Assembly: GCA_965202985.1 (NCBI GenBank)
Contig: CBDBCF010000001.1
Location: 288,001-352,000 of the forward strand
Source of the DNA: Longimicrobiales bacterium
GTDB lineage: Bacteria > Gemmatimonadota > Gemmatimonadetes > Longimicrobiales > Gaopeijiaceae
Length of the DNA: 64,000 nucleotides
Direction of reading: 5' to 3'
The notes below the pieces were generated by a model that saw only the letters and a list, made by a program, of their open reading frames with translations, did not search any database and was not told the origin of the DNA. Below are positions 28,956-39,072 of the stretch, piece after piece (positions within the stretch are counted from its first letter, which is position 1; every line of letters starts with the position of its first letter). The position numbers and the translations under genes were made by a program.

Positions 28956-31469
28956 TTACCCTCCTACGACGTCCACCTTCACGTAGGTGATGCGGCCCGT
29001 GATCCCGTAGGGCGACTCGGTGGGGTAGTCGAACGACCAAAGCTGGCCCACGTGTCCGTCCGGCAGCTTGTTGGGCAGCTTGTCCAGCAAGTTGTTCGCG
29101 CCGACCGCCAAGCGAATCCTGTCGGCCACGTCGATCGTCACCTCCACGTCGGCGATCATGGCTGCGTCCAAGGTGACCGGCTCTTCGAACACGAACGGAG
29201 ACGTAAGCGAACCGATGTGGTTCACGCGGAACCTGGCTCCGACGCCCCGCCCCGACCGCACGTCCACGCTGGCCCCGAACCGCTGCTTGGGCTGGGCCGA
29301 CTCGATGAGCAGGGTCTGCGTGTCGCGCACGAAGTTCGGGTTGCGGTTGCTGGTGATCTCGGTATCGTTGCGATGCCAGCTGGCCGACAGGTCGGCGGCG
29401 CCCCAGGACTTGCCCCGAACGCGCCACGTCGCCACCACGTCCAAGCCCCAAGTGCGCGTGTCGACGGCGTTGGTCCAGAACGCCACGCCGTTCACGGGCC
29501 GCCCCTGGAACTGGGCGTTCTCGCGCAGGCCGTGCGACGGTCCCAGCCCCTCGGTCAGGACGATGGCGTCCGCCACGGCCACCCGGTAGTAGTCGGCGGT
29601 GAGCAGAAAGCCCCTGTCGCTCTCGTACACGAAGCCGCCGGTCAAGCTGACCGACGTCTCGTGCTTGAGCGAGCACGCCTGGAAGTCCTGGCAGGCAATG
29701 TCGTCGCCCTCGGGCAGGAAGCCCGTGCTGGTCAGCCCGCCGCCCCCGCCCTGGAAGATGACGGTGTTGAAGCCCCGCTGTGGAAGGCGCGGGGCGCGAA
29801 AGCCGGTGGAGAACCCGGCGCGCAGGGCGGAACCCGATTCGCCGAGCGCAAGTCGCCCCGCCAAGCCGCCGGTCAGGGAGTTGCCCGCGTCGCTGTAGTT
29901 CTCGAAGCGAAGCGACGCCCTCATGTCCGCGGCGTCCGACACTTCGGCGTCCATGTCCACGTAGGCGCCCATGCTGTTGCGGCTCCGCTCGCTCGCCGTC
30001 GCGCTTTGCGGACTGTAGCCGGGGTAGCCCTGAATGCCGCAGCTGGCAAAGGCCGAACCGTCGGTGTTCTGCTGGTGGGCGGCGGGAAAGCTGCCCGGCG
30101 AGTTGCTCGGTCCGCACGCGTACGAGGCCAGATCGCCTTCCTCCATCCAGAAGCTGTCGCGGCGGAACGCGGCCCCGAGCGCCAGGAACCCGGTCCGCTC
30201 GCCCATGTCGATCTCCCGAGACAGGTCGGCGTTGACGTCCATCTGGCGGATGTTGAGGCCCCCGCTGAACACGTTGGACGGTCCTGCGTTGGCGGCGATC
30301 GCCGCGCCGTCGGCGCCGGGGTTGCGCGCCAAGAACTCGGCCGCGTAGGACGGATTGATGGAGTTGGCGGCGTTGAAGGCGAACCGGCCCTGGCCGAAGC
30401 CCGCGCTCAGGTCCGCGTTCCAGTCCGACAGCGAGCCGCGCGCGCCGATCACGGCGGAGGCGTCGGTCAAGTCGGACTCCTCCATGGGGAAGAAGCCGTT
30501 GGGATGCACGTAGGACACGTTCCTGGGCACCCAGTCCGCCTTCCGATACAGCCCGTCGCTAACGGCTCGCCGGCCCGCGTACCCGCCGAAGAGGTAGAAC
30601 TCTCCCGACTCGCCCATGGGCAGCGCGGAGTTGACCATGAGCGCGGCGCCCTCGTAGTCGGGCTCGCCGATGCGCTGGAGCTGCTCCACTCGGCCGCCCC
30701 CGGCGCAGGGCGCGTAGTTGGGGTCGGGGCCGAAGCACGTGGGCGCGGTTCCGGCGCGGGTCGTAGCCCCCTGTCGGGCGACCTCCATAGTCAGGTTCAC
30801 GAAGCCGTCGCCCAGCGCAACGCCCGCGTTCCCCGACGTGAGGAAGCGCGTGCCGTCGCCCCAGGAGGTCCGGCCCAGGTACGTGGAGCCGGTCATGCCG
30901 TCGTCCGCGTCCTTGAGCACGATGTTGATGACGCCCGCGACGGCGTCGGAGCCGTACATGGCGGCCGCGCCCTCGCGCAGGACCTCGATCCGCTTGACGG
31001 CGCTGATCGGGATGGCGCGCAGGTCCGTGCCCGTGGTGCCCAGCCCCAGCGAGGCGATGACCTTGGGGAACGCCACGCCGTGCCGACGCTTGCCGTTGAC
31101 CAGCACCAGCACCTGGTCCGGGTTCATGCCGCGGAGCGTGGCCACGTGGAGCGCGGCGCCGTCTCCCACGTTGAGGCGCGTGGAGTTGAACGAAGGCGCG
31201 ATGCTGCCCAGCGCCTCGGCAAGATCGACCTCTCCCAGGCGTTCGAGCTCCTCGGCGCCGTAGATGTCCACGGGCACCGCCAGCTCCGCCGGGTTGCGTA
31301 TCTGAGCGCGGGAGCCCACGACCACCTCCAGCTCTTCGAGCGCGAAGACCGAGTCGGGAGGCGGCGTCTGGGCGGCGGTCGGGGCGGGCGCGAAGGCGGC
31401 GGGCGCCAGCGCCAGCACCGACAGTGCGACGAGGGAGTGGGCAGGACGGGGTGCGGACGAACCGAACAT
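28956..31469 (-). CDS. TonB-dependent receptor
   Basis: Signal peptide, TonB-box-like EVVVGSR, LRGM.PDQVLVLVNGKR, IEVLREGAAAMYGSDAVAGVINI. Confidence 0.93.
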   Translation of the reverse strand: MFGSSAPRPAHSLVALSVLALAPAAFAPAPTAAQTPPPDSVFALEELEVVVGSRAQIRNPAELAVPVDIYGAEELERLGEVDLAEALGSIAPSFNSTRLNVGDGAALHVATLRGMNPDQVLVLVNGKRRHGVAFPKVIASLGLGTTGTDLRAIPISAVKRIEVLREGAAAMYGSDAVAGVINIVLKDADDGMTGSTYLGRTSWGDGTRFLTSGNAGVALGDGFVNLTMEVARQGATTRAGTAPTCFGPDPNYAPCAGGGRVEQLQRIGEPDYEGAALMVNSALPMGESGEFYLFGGYAGRRAVSDGLYRKADWVPRNVSYVHPNGFFPMEESDLTDASAVIGARGSLSDWNADLSAGFGQGRFAFNAANSINPSYAAEFLARNPGADGAAIAANAGPSNVFSGGLNIRQMDVNADLSREIDMGERTGFLALGAAFRRDSFWMEEGDLASYACGPSNSPGSFPAAHQQNTDGSAFASCGIQGYPGYSPQSATASERSRNSMGAYVDMDAEVSDAADMRASLRFENYSDAGNSLTGGLAGRLALGESGSALRAGFSTGFRAPRLPQRGFNTVIFQGGGGGLTSTGFLPEGDDIACQDFQACSLKHETSVSLTGGFVYESDRGFLLTADYYRVAVADAIVLTEGLGPSHGLRENAQFQGRPVNGVAFWTNAVDTRTWGLDVVATWRVRGKSWGAADLSASWHRNDTEITSNRNPNFVRDTQTLLIESAQPKQRFGASVDVRSGRGVGARFRVNHIGSLTSPFVFEEPVTLDAAMIADVEVTIDVADRIRLAVGANNLLDKLPNKLPDGHVGQLWSFDYPTESPYGITGRITYVKVDVVGG

Positions 31470-31493
31470 GGGACAGGCTCCTGGAAGGAAAGG

Positions 31494-31529
31494 CGGGAAA
31501 CAGGACGCAACCGGGAAACAGGACGCAAC
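31494..31529. repeat. Exact 2 x 18-bp tandem repeat (cgggaaacaggacgcaac) upstream of the TonB receptor
   Basis: Read directly. Confidence 0.9.
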
Positions 31530-31601
31530 CTGAATTCTAGTATGAAAGAACGCCCGCGGGGCGCAAGCCCGCTCGGCCCATGGCGCACGCAGCCGCCGGG
31601 G

Positions 31602-32936
31602 TCAGTCGCCCGTCTCGAACTCCTCTTCCGACAGGCGGAAGCCCTCCGCGAGCTCCGGGTCCGTCTCGGTTCCGAGGATCCGTCCGGCCAAGTACTCGCC
31701 CACCACGGGGCCAAACTTGAACCCTTCGGCCGAACCGCCGCCGGCCAGCCACGCGTTGTCGAACTCGGGGTGGCGGTCGAGGATGAAGTTGCGGGTCGCG
31801 GACACCTCGTAGTGACAGGCGCGGGTCTCGCTCACGGGGGCGTCGGCCAAGCCGGGAAACCGCTCGCTCACGACGGCGCGGGGGCGCTCCAACTCTTCCG
31901 GCAGAAGCAGGCGGCGACTGGTGTCGGGGTCCTCGGGGCCGCGCCCGCCCGTCCTGACGCGGAAGCCGCGGTTGTCGGGGGTCAGCGCCGGCCAACCGGT
32001 GACGCCCGGAAAGTTCCAGCTGGGCAGGTTCGGGTGGCTGTAGCGGTTGTCGCCAGGCGGCGTGCGGAAGTAGGCGACGTTGCCCACCGGAATGCGCAAG
32101 CGACTTCCCATGAGGGCGGGGAACGCCTTGGGGAACCACGGACCCAGCGCGAAGACGAACGTGCCCGCGAACACGGCGTCGCCGCTCGGACGGATTTCGA
32201 GGGCGTTCAGCCGGCGGCCGGTGACGGACCCGGGGCCGGCCCAAGCGGTCTCGACGCGCCCGCCCGCTTGGCGGAAGACTTCGACCACCGATTCGACGGC
32301 CCGCCTGGCCCGGACCACCCCGGCGTCGTGCTCGTGGAGCGCCACGGTCATGCCGGACACGTCGATCACGGGCCAGCGCCGGGCCACTTCGTCGGCGTCC
32401 AGCACGTCGTAGCGGACGCCGGTCTCGTCCCAGTGCTTCCGCGTGTCCTCCATGAAGTCGGTCCACTCGTCGCGCACGATCAAGTCCGACATGGCGAAGA
32501 ACACGCGCGGAAGCAGCATGTCGCGCCACTGCTCGTCCCACTCCCTCCACCTCTCGATCGCCCGCTTGGCCCAGCGCGTCCACAGCAGGCCGTGGGGGCG
32601 GTCGCCGTAGCCGGTTCGGACGCCCCGCGTCTCGCCCCCGGAGGTCGCGCGCGAGTTGGCCGGCCCGTACTGGTCCAGCAGCACGACCTGGGCGCCGGAC
32701 TGCTGCAGGTGAAGGGCCGTCCACGCGCCGAAGGCCCCCGCGCCCACCACCGCCACGTCGGGAGACTGGGGGCCGCGGACGGCGGAGGCTCGGCGGCCCG
32801 GCTCGACGGACTTCGCATCGGCGGCGGCGGCAGCGGTGGACTCCTCGGCGGCAGCGGCCGACTCCGAGCCCGCCAGCAACGCTCCCGTGGCCGCGGTGGC
32901 CGCCCGGAGGAAGCGCCTGCGGTCGAGCCGCGTCAA
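31602..32936 (-). CDS. Tat-exported FAD-dependent oxidoreductase (sarcosine oxidase/DAO family)
   Basis: DRRRFL Tat motif, VVGAGAFG, TSGGETR, CHY...NFILDRHP, GFKFGP; TTG start overlaps the upstream stop. Confidence 0.88.
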   Translation of the reverse strand: MTRLDRRRFLRAATAATGALLAGSESAAAAEESTAAAAADAKSVEPGRRASAVRGPQSPDVAVVGAGAFGAWTALHLQQSGAQVVLLDQYGPANSRATSGGETRGVRTGYGDRPHGLLWTRWAKRAIERWREWDEQWRDMLLPRVFFAMSDLIVRDEWTDFMEDTRKHWDETGVRYDVLDADEVARRWPVIDVSGMTVALHEHDAGVVRARRAVESVVEVFRQAGGRVETAWAGPGSVTGRRLNALEIRPSGDAVFAGTFVFALGPWFPKAFPALMGSRLRIPVGNVAYFRTPPGDNRYSHPNLPSWNFPGVTGWPALTPDNRGFRVRTGGRGPEDPDTSRRLLLPEELERPRAVVSERFPGLADAPVSETRACHYEVSATRNFILDRHPEFDNAWLAGGGSAEGFKFGPVVGEYLAGRILGTETDPELAEGFRLSEEEFETGD

Positions 32937-33556
32937 GAGCCGCCTTCGGTCGGCGCCATGCGCACCTCGCGCATCGGCGAGTCCGCCGTCAGCTCGGAGG
33001 CTCCGGGAGCGTGCCCGTTCATGCGCAGGATGTACGACACCACGTCCAGATAGACCTCTTCGTCCAGCCCTCCGGGGTTGTCGTCGGGCATCGTGGAGCG
33101 CACCGTGCGGTAGAACGAGTACACGGTCCGGCGCCCCCAGTTGCGCTGGAAGGCGCCGCCGCGAAACTCGCTGTTGGTGTGGCAATCCGAACACGCTTGG
33201 TCGAAGGTGTCGCGGCCCCGGCTGGCCTGGACGTCGGTGAAGATGGCGTGGACGGCGGCGGGCGGCGCTTCGGCAGGGGGCGGCGACTCGGCGGGCGGCC
33301 CTTCATTAGGCGGCGGCGCGGGCCGAGAAGCCGTTGCCGAGCCGGGAGCCGATTCCGCGTTCGGGGCGGGTTCTGCGTTCGGGGCGGGTTCCGTGGAACC
33401 GGGCGCAGCCGTCTCTCGTGGGCTGCCCGAGGCGCAGGCGCCGAACAACCCGGCGCAAAGAAGCAGGACCAGCGTCCCCTGGGCACGTCGAACAACGCTG
33501 GCAAATCGAGCGCGCCCGGCCCGTGCGGGGAGCCGAATCCATGGCTTGCCCCTCAT
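32933..33556 (-). CDS. Monoheme cytochrome c lipoprotein
   Basis: Lipobox FGAC, Pro/Ala linker, CSDCH, axial Met in TMP; start uncertain. Confidence 0.85.
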   Translation of the reverse strand: MRGKPWIRLPARAGRARFASVVRRAQGTLVLLLCAGLFGACASGSPRETAAPGSTEPAPNAEPAPNAESAPGSATASRPAPPPNEGPPAESPPPAEAPPAAVHAIFTDVQASRGRDTFDQACSDCHTNSEFRGGAFQRNWGRRTVYSFYRTVRSTMPDDNPGGLDEEVYLDVVSYILRMNGHAPGASELTADSPMREVRMAPTEGGS

Positions 33557-33670
33557 CTCCACGGCTTGATCTCCATCGACGGAACCTCGTGCTCCCGGTT
33601 TGGCGTATTGTTGTGGGTTGAGAGTATTTTCCGGGCACTCCACGCACTCAATATAAGGAAGGCTGAACGC

Positions 33671-34759
33671 ATGAACAGACGAGCCCTCGGCCCGCGACGA
33701 ATCCTTGCCGCCGGCAGATCAGACTTGGCTGTGGACGGGCGGACGATCGCCCCCTGGGCCGCGGCCGCGGCCCTTGCGGTCGCGGCGGCGGCTGCGTGCG
33801 GCGAACTGCCGCTGGCCATGGGCGACGAGAACAGCATCGTGGCGACGGTGTCGCCCGACCTGTGGACCGACATCGAACCCGTGCTGGTCCCCGCCTTGGA
33901 GCGAACCGTCTTCACCGTGCGCGACGAGAAGACCTTCACGGTCACTCACGCCGACCCGCGCGACGAGGACTGGGGCAAGCTGCGTCTCCTGCGACAGCAG
34001 TTGGTCGTCGGCACGCCGCAGGACCCGTGGGTTGCGGACGTGCTGGCGAAGGCGGACGACGACGCCTCGCTTCCGGGCGTGGTGCAAGTGCGGGACGTGT
34101 GGGCTCGCCGCCAATCGGTGACCGCGCTGGTGATCGACGGCGAAGCCGAAGCGACCTCGTTCGTAGCCTCGCACGCATTCGAGGTTTCGGGGCTTCTGGA
34201 CAGCCAGTACCGGGCCTGGGCCGTGAGCAAGATGTTCGTGACCGGCCGAAACGAGGAGCTGACGCAGGCGTTGCAGGAGCAGGCCGGGTTCGGCCTCGTG
34301 GTGCCCGCCGTCTACGAGCACGCGGTCCCGGCGGACTCGGTCCACATCTTCCGCAACGACAACCCGGACCCGTCGGAGCTGATCCGCCAGATCGCGGTGA
34401 CGTGGCGGAGTCCCATGCCGCCCCCGCCGGTGCAAGGCGAATTCCTTCTCGATTGGCGCGCCCAGCTGGTCGAGGCCCACTACGACTTCCCCCAAGAGGT
34501 GAAGCTGGACCGGGTGTCCGCCGTCCCCACCCCTCAGTTCTACACGGTGCAGGCGGTCTGGGAGAATCCGCCGGACGCCTTTCCGGCCGCCGGGCCGTTC
34601 ATCATGCGCGCCTACGTCTGCCATTCCCAGAACCGCATGTACCTGCTCGACGCGTGGTTGTACGCCCCCGGCAAGGAGAAGTACGAGTACATGATCCAGC
34701 TCGAAGAGATCCTGGACTCGTTCTCCTGCGGGGATGCGGAAGAGGGCCGATCGGCATAA
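33671..34759 (+). CDS. DUF4837-like lipoprotein
   Basis: Lipobox AAAC, DVWARRQ, AGPF, DAWLYAPGKEKYEYMIQLE. Confidence 0.75.
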   Translation: MNRRALGPRRILAAGRSDLAVDGRTIAPWAAAAALAVAAAAACGELPLAMGDENSIVATVSPDLWTDIEPVLVPALERTVFTVRDEKTFTVTHADPRDEDWGKLRLLRQQLVVGTPQDPWVADVLAKADDDASLPGVVQVRDVWARRQSVTALVIDGEAEATSFVASHAFEVSGLLDSQYRAWAVSKMFVTGRNEELTQALQEQAGFGLVVPAVYEHAVPADSVHIFRNDNPDPSELIRQIAVTWRSPMPPPPVQGEFLLDWRAQLVEAHYDFPQEVKLDRVSAVPTPQFYTVQAVWENPPDAFPAAGPFIMRAYVCHSQNRMYLLDAWLYAPGKEKYEYMIQLEEILDSFSCGDAEEGRSA

Positions 34760-34820
34760 AGTTCATGAACCACCGAAACTCTCCCGCCACCCAAGCACCG
34801 GAACTGGAACCGACCCGCAA

Positions 34821-36389
34821 ATGAGCCCAACCAGCCCCGCTGCGCCGCCTCGCTCCGCCCTCCCGCACCTGCTCGTCTATGCCCCGCTGCTCGTCGTCGT
34901 CCTCGCCTCGGCGATGACGATGTGCGGCCCGGCATCTTCCGACGGCGACCCCGCCTCGTCCGACGCCGCCCGGCCGGCGGGCGCCCTTCAAGCCGGCGAG
35001 TTCGGCGCCGAGGGCGCGGGGTACGGATCGCCCGGATACCCTCACCAGATCGCGTCGATCGACTCCGTCATGATGCTGCCGATCCGCGACGGGCGGATCG
35101 CCGGGGCGTCGGTCGGCGTCGTGCACGCGGGCCACGACGTGGCGTTCCGCGCCTACGGCTGGGCCGACCTGGAGCTGGGCGCGCCCACGCCCGTCGACGC
35201 GGTGTACGAGGTCGGCTCGATCGCGAAGCAGTTCACGGCGGCGGCGCTGTTGCAGATGCAGGAAGAGGAGCTGGTGGACCTGGACGCGGAGATGTCCCGC
35301 TGGCTGCCCGACTTCCCCACGCAGGGGAACCGGATCACGGTGCGGCGCCTGCTGAACCACACCTCGGGGATCCGCGGCTACACCGAGATGCCCGCGGCCA
35401 TCCCGTACTTCGTTCGCCGCGTGCCCCGGGACAGCTTGCTGGCGCTGGTGGCCGCCCACCCCTTCGACTTCGCCACGGGCGATCACCTCATCTACAACAA
35501 CTCGGCCTACTACTTGGCGGGCATGATCCTGGAAGAGGCGTCGGGCGTTTCCTACGAGGAGTACTTGGAGGAGCGGCTGTTGGGAGAGCTCGAAATGGAT
35601 CGCTCGCGCTATTGCAGCGAGACCGAGATCCAAGAGGGCAAGGTCGAGGGGTACGACGCGGACGAAGACGGACTGCGCCACAAAGGCTTCATCGTGCACA
35701 ACGTGCCCTACGCCGCCGGTTCCCTGTGCTCCACGGCCCGGGACCTGACGAGGTGGATTGCGGCGCTGCACGGCGGTCGCGTGCTGTCGGAGGAGTCCTA
35801 CCGCCAGATCACGGAGCCGGCCACGCTGAACGACGGCACGCGAACCCGCTACGCCCTGGGGCTGATGGTCAGCGACATCCTGGGCCACCAGGCGATTCAC
35901 CACGGCGGGGGCATCTTCGGCTTCTTGGCCGAGTCGCTCTACCTGCCGGAGGACGACCTGATCGTGGTCGTGCTGACCAACACCGCGGGGCCGCCGGGGC
36001 CAAGCGAGCTGGCCCGGGCGATCGTGAAGACCATGGTGGGCGAAGTCGTGCGCGAGCCGGAGACGTTCGAGGGCGACTTGGCCTGGTACGAAGGCACGTT
36101 CGACGGTCCCGCCCGAGGCGGACGCGCCGCCGTGCGCATTGCGGCCGACGGCGACGTGCTCACGGCGACCCTGGTGGAGACGGCAGGCGAGGCGGTCCCC
36201 GAAGCCCGCCAAGAGACCGACACCCTGATCTACCGGAGCGGCACGACCTTCGCCAACGGAGACGCCCTCCTGACCTTCGAGACAGGCCCGGACCCGGCCG
36301 GCGGAGACCCGGACGCCCCCGCTCCCGACGCAGCAACCACGCTTCGCTGGGACATGGTGGCGGGGTACACCGTCATGAGGCGGCGTTAG
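34821..36389 (+). CDS. Serine hydrolase, beta-lactamase class C-like
   Basis: SxxK (GSIAK), LLNHTSG, YxN (YNN), HHGG. Confidence 0.9.
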   Translation: MSPTSPAAPPRSALPHLLVYAPLLVVVLASAMTMCGPASSDGDPASSDAARPAGALQAGEFGAEGAGYGSPGYPHQIASIDSVMMLPIRDGRIAGASVGVVHAGHDVAFRAYGWADLELGAPTPVDAVYEVGSIAKQFTAAALLQMQEEELVDLDAEMSRWLPDFPTQGNRITVRRLLNHTSGIRGYTEMPAAIPYFVRRVPRDSLLALVAAHPFDFATGDHLIYNNSAYYLAGMILEEASGVSYEEYLEERLLGELEMDRSRYCSETEIQEGKVEGYDADEDGLRHKGFIVHNVPYAAGSLCSTARDLTRWIAALHGGRVLSEESYRQITEPATLNDGTRTRYALGLMVSDILGHQAIHHGGGIFGFLAESLYLPEDDLIVVVLTNTAGPPGPSELARAIVKTMVGEVVREPETFEGDLAWYEGTFDGPARGGRAAVRIAADGDVLTATLVETAGEAVPEARQETDTLIYRSGTTFANGDALLTFETGPDPAGGDPDAPAPDAATTLRWDMVAGYTVMRRR

Positions 36390-36404
36390 GCGGGGGAGGG
36401 CGGA

Positions 36405-37590
36405 TCAGCGGGTCCACTCGCCTTCCCAGAGGCCGGCCGCGAACTCGCGTGCGGGAACGATCTCGATCCCGTCTTCCGTGCGCCGGCGGCGGGGCTCCCG
36501 GCATACCACGATTCGCCGCCGGACCGTCGGGTGGTCCCGGACCAAGCTCCGCAACCCCTTGAGATGCCCCCGAACGACGTTGCGGCTGGACTTGGCCTCC
36601 AACGCCACCTCCATCTCCCCGATCACGAAGTCCACCTCCGTGCCTCCCGCCAGCCGCCAAAACGAGAGATCGGCCTCGGCCTGCCGGTAGCCCAGATAGG
36701 CGGCCAACTCGTGGAACACCCAGTTCTCGAACGCCTTGCCGTAGTCCGCGGACCCGGAGAGCACCCGTCCTCGGCGCGCCAGCCGGTTCACCACGCCCAC
36801 ATCCGAGAAGTAGAACTTGGGCGCGTGCGCGACGCGCCGCTTGGCCCGCTTGCGGTAGGCCGGCAGCCACGTTCCCAGCAGCGTGTCCGCCAGCACTTCG
36901 AAGTGGCTTCTCGCGGTGTGGCCGGAAACACCGCACTCGCGGGCAATGTTGGCGAAGTTCACGACCTCGCCGTCGCACAGCGCCGCCGCCTCCAGGAAGT
37001 TGGAGAACCGAGGAATGTTCCGCACCAGCCCTTCCGCCGCGATTTCCTCCTTCAAGTAGTCGCCCACGTACGCGTCCAGCAACCGCCCCGGCCGGCTCGC
37101 GCGGTAGACCCGAGGCAGGTAGCCGTGGTTCAGGATGCGGTCCAGGTCGAAGTCGTCGGCCAGCTCGCCCGCCGTCATCCCGCGCAGTTCGTACCGATGG
37201 GCCCGTCCCCCGAGCAGGTTCGCCCCGCCCCGCCGAACCTTCCGGGCGCTCGACCCCGCAGAGCGCGAAGCAGTGGCCGCGCGCCTCCATCAGCCAGTGC
37301 ACTTCGTCGAGCAGCGCCGGGACCTTCTGGATCTCGTCGATCACGATCTGCCTTGACGGTGCGGCGCCCCCGGCGTCGCCGGCCGACTCGGCCTCCAGCT
37401 CCTGGCGAAGCAGCTCCGGGCGAGCGGCGTACCTGCGGAAGTGGTCGGCCTTCAGCAGGTCGATCCAGCGGGCGTCGGGAAAGACCTCGCGCAGGAGCGT
37501 GCTCTTGCCGGTCTGCCGAGGTCCCCACAGGAAGAAGGTCTCGGTTCCCGCCGCCGGAAGAGAAAGCGCTCTTCGGAAGTGAGACTTCAT
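36405..37590 (-). pseudogene. AAA_14 ATPase + DUF4143 protein, frameshifted at ~37255
   Basis: GPRQTGKS and IDEIQK lie in one frame; KFYFSDVG, FENWV, EVDF and EAK lie in another. Removing one base from the C4 run at 37254-37257 restores CGSSARK...LGGRA. Confidence 0.85.
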
Positions 37591-37832
37591 TTTTTCACGA
37601 ATATGTGAAGTGGTGATTCGGATCAGTCGCTTGCCGATATCTAGTGAATTCCAACTGGCGGGGCAAGGTAGAGGACTGAGCGCGTGCCGCTCGCCACCTC
37701 CTGCGCGACTGCAGTTCTTGAGCCGGGTCGACCCCGGAGGCGTGCCGACGACGCCCGCCTTGGATGCCGCCGGCCCGCCGCGGGGCTCGCTGTCGCCGGG
37801 CGCGGTTGCTGGACAGGTGCGGCGTCGGCCGG

Positions 37833-38477
37833 TCACCTGAAAACCGTGTCGGGATCGGGGTTGTGCGGCCAGGAGTACCATATGAGCCAGAGTTGTTCTC
37901 CTGGGTAGCGTGCGGCCGCCTCCTCGATTGGAATCAAGACGTGTCCACTGCACGCCTCGGGGCACAGCCCGGAGTCGGGTCCGCGAGCGAAGCGCAGGCC
38001 CCAAAGCGTCTCCGGTCTGAGCGTCCAAGACGCAAAACCGTCGGCGACGACCGAGCCATCGTGCACCAACTTGGCGAAGACAGTTACGAGTCCGGTCCTC
38101 CCCGCCTTTACACGCACCTCGTAGTCCCGCGCCACCAAGAAGTCTTCTGGACCGAACGTTCGGCCATGCACCTCGATCTGCAGGCCCGCAAGGTCAGCCG
38201 GGTCCGTAAAGCGGACGACGGGGCGCCTCACGACGACCGAGTCCGGATTGTCTATTACGTATCCGGGACGCATCACAAGCCAGCAGCAACCGTCGTCGCA
38301 TCCGTTGGCCAAGCTGGCGACCAATAGGCCGATGGCCCGCAACGCGTGGCCGGGCGCGGCGCCCCACCGTCCGATGAGGCGTCGCACACCCGCCACGTCT
38401 GCGCGAGCGGCCTCCGTGCGTTCAGTCAAGTCAAAGCAGTCCACCGTCAATGCACCTGACCCACGACCTGAGGTCAT
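37833..38477 (-). CDS. Hypothetical protein, possibly lipoprotein
   Basis: ORF with hydrophobic segment ending LANGC; true start probably downstream of 38477. Confidence 0.4.
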   Translation of the reverse strand: MTSGRGSGALTVDCFDLTERTEAARADVAGVRRLIGRWGAAPGHALRAIGLLVASLANGCDDGCCWLVMRPGYVIDNPDSVVVRRPVVRFTDPADLAGLQIEVHGRTFGPEDFLVARDYEVRVKAGRTGLVTVFAKLVHDGSVVADGFASWTLRPETLWGLRFARGPDSGLCPEACSGHVLIPIEEAAARYPGEQLWLIWYSWPHNPDPDTVFR

Positions 38478-39072
38478 ACCACTTTTTGTCTGAGTTCCAT
38501 TCGGGGGTGGTCGAGATAAAGCAGAACTGCGTGGGGTTGTTCCTGTTTGCCCCTTCGATGCTCCGAGCTAGGCCCCAGACGCAGTTGCCGTAGGCAATCC
38601 ACCGTTGGGCCTTTTCGGTATTGCGAATGAAGTCCCATGCGCCGGGACGGTCGCGGTAGTTCTCCAGGAAGCACTCGACCACATAGGCAGCCGCTCTATC
38701 GTCTGTCGTGGCCCGACTCGGCTCCCGCCAGTCCGGAGCCATCATGTTCAGCATGAGCCTGTGGGTGTCGGGAAGTCTGATGCCGATTAGGTTAAGGTCG
38801 TGGTCGCCGTCTGGATACGACGCCTGCCAGACGACATGCGAGAAGTTGTCCGCGTGCTCTCTGGTGAGTACGGCGATCTCGTCTAGGCCGCGAACGGGTC
38901 CGTTGGTCGATAGGAAGTGCGCGAACGCCGCACGCTCGGGCACCTGATCGGCTTCCTGAGGACGGATGGTGATTTCCGCCGCTTCGCAGGCCGCGAGGAC
39001 GAGGAGCGTGGCCGGAACTACTCGAGCGAAAGCGCTCGCCAAGTCCCCGAGGTGGTTGGTGAAGCTGGCCAT
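38431..39072 (-). CDS. Hypothetical lipoprotein
   Basis: GGAGG RBS, lipobox LAAC. Confidence 0.6.
   Translation of the reverse strand: MASFTNHLGDLASAFARVVPATLLVLAACEAAEITIRPQEADQVPERAAFAHFLSTNGPVRGLDEIAVLTREHADNFSHVVWQASYPDGDHDLNLIGIRLPDTHRLMLNMMAPDWREPSRATTDDRAAAYVVECFLENYRDRPGAWDFIRNTEKAQRWIAYGNCVWGLARSIEGANRNNPTQFCFISTTPEWNSDKKWYDLRSWVRCIDGGLL

Noticed and set aside
31494..31529. Tandem repeats as a CRISPR array
   Set aside because: No spacers, too few units, no cas genes
29052..33053. 1333-aa ORF on +
   Set aside because: Antisense shadow of the TonB receptor and flavoprotein genes; typical high-GC artefact with no motifs
34821..36389. Antibiotic-resistance beta-lactamase
   Set aside because: The motifs only show the broad serine-hydrolase family; substrate cannot be inferred
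37594..37609. TTCAC-N6-GTGAA palindrome as a CRP site
   Set aside because: Half-sites are in the opposite orientation to the CRP consensus and too short to support a call
36373..38028. 551-aa ORF as an intact ATPase
   Set aside because: Only the segment from 37590 to ~37255 is meaningful; the remainder of the protein is in another frame
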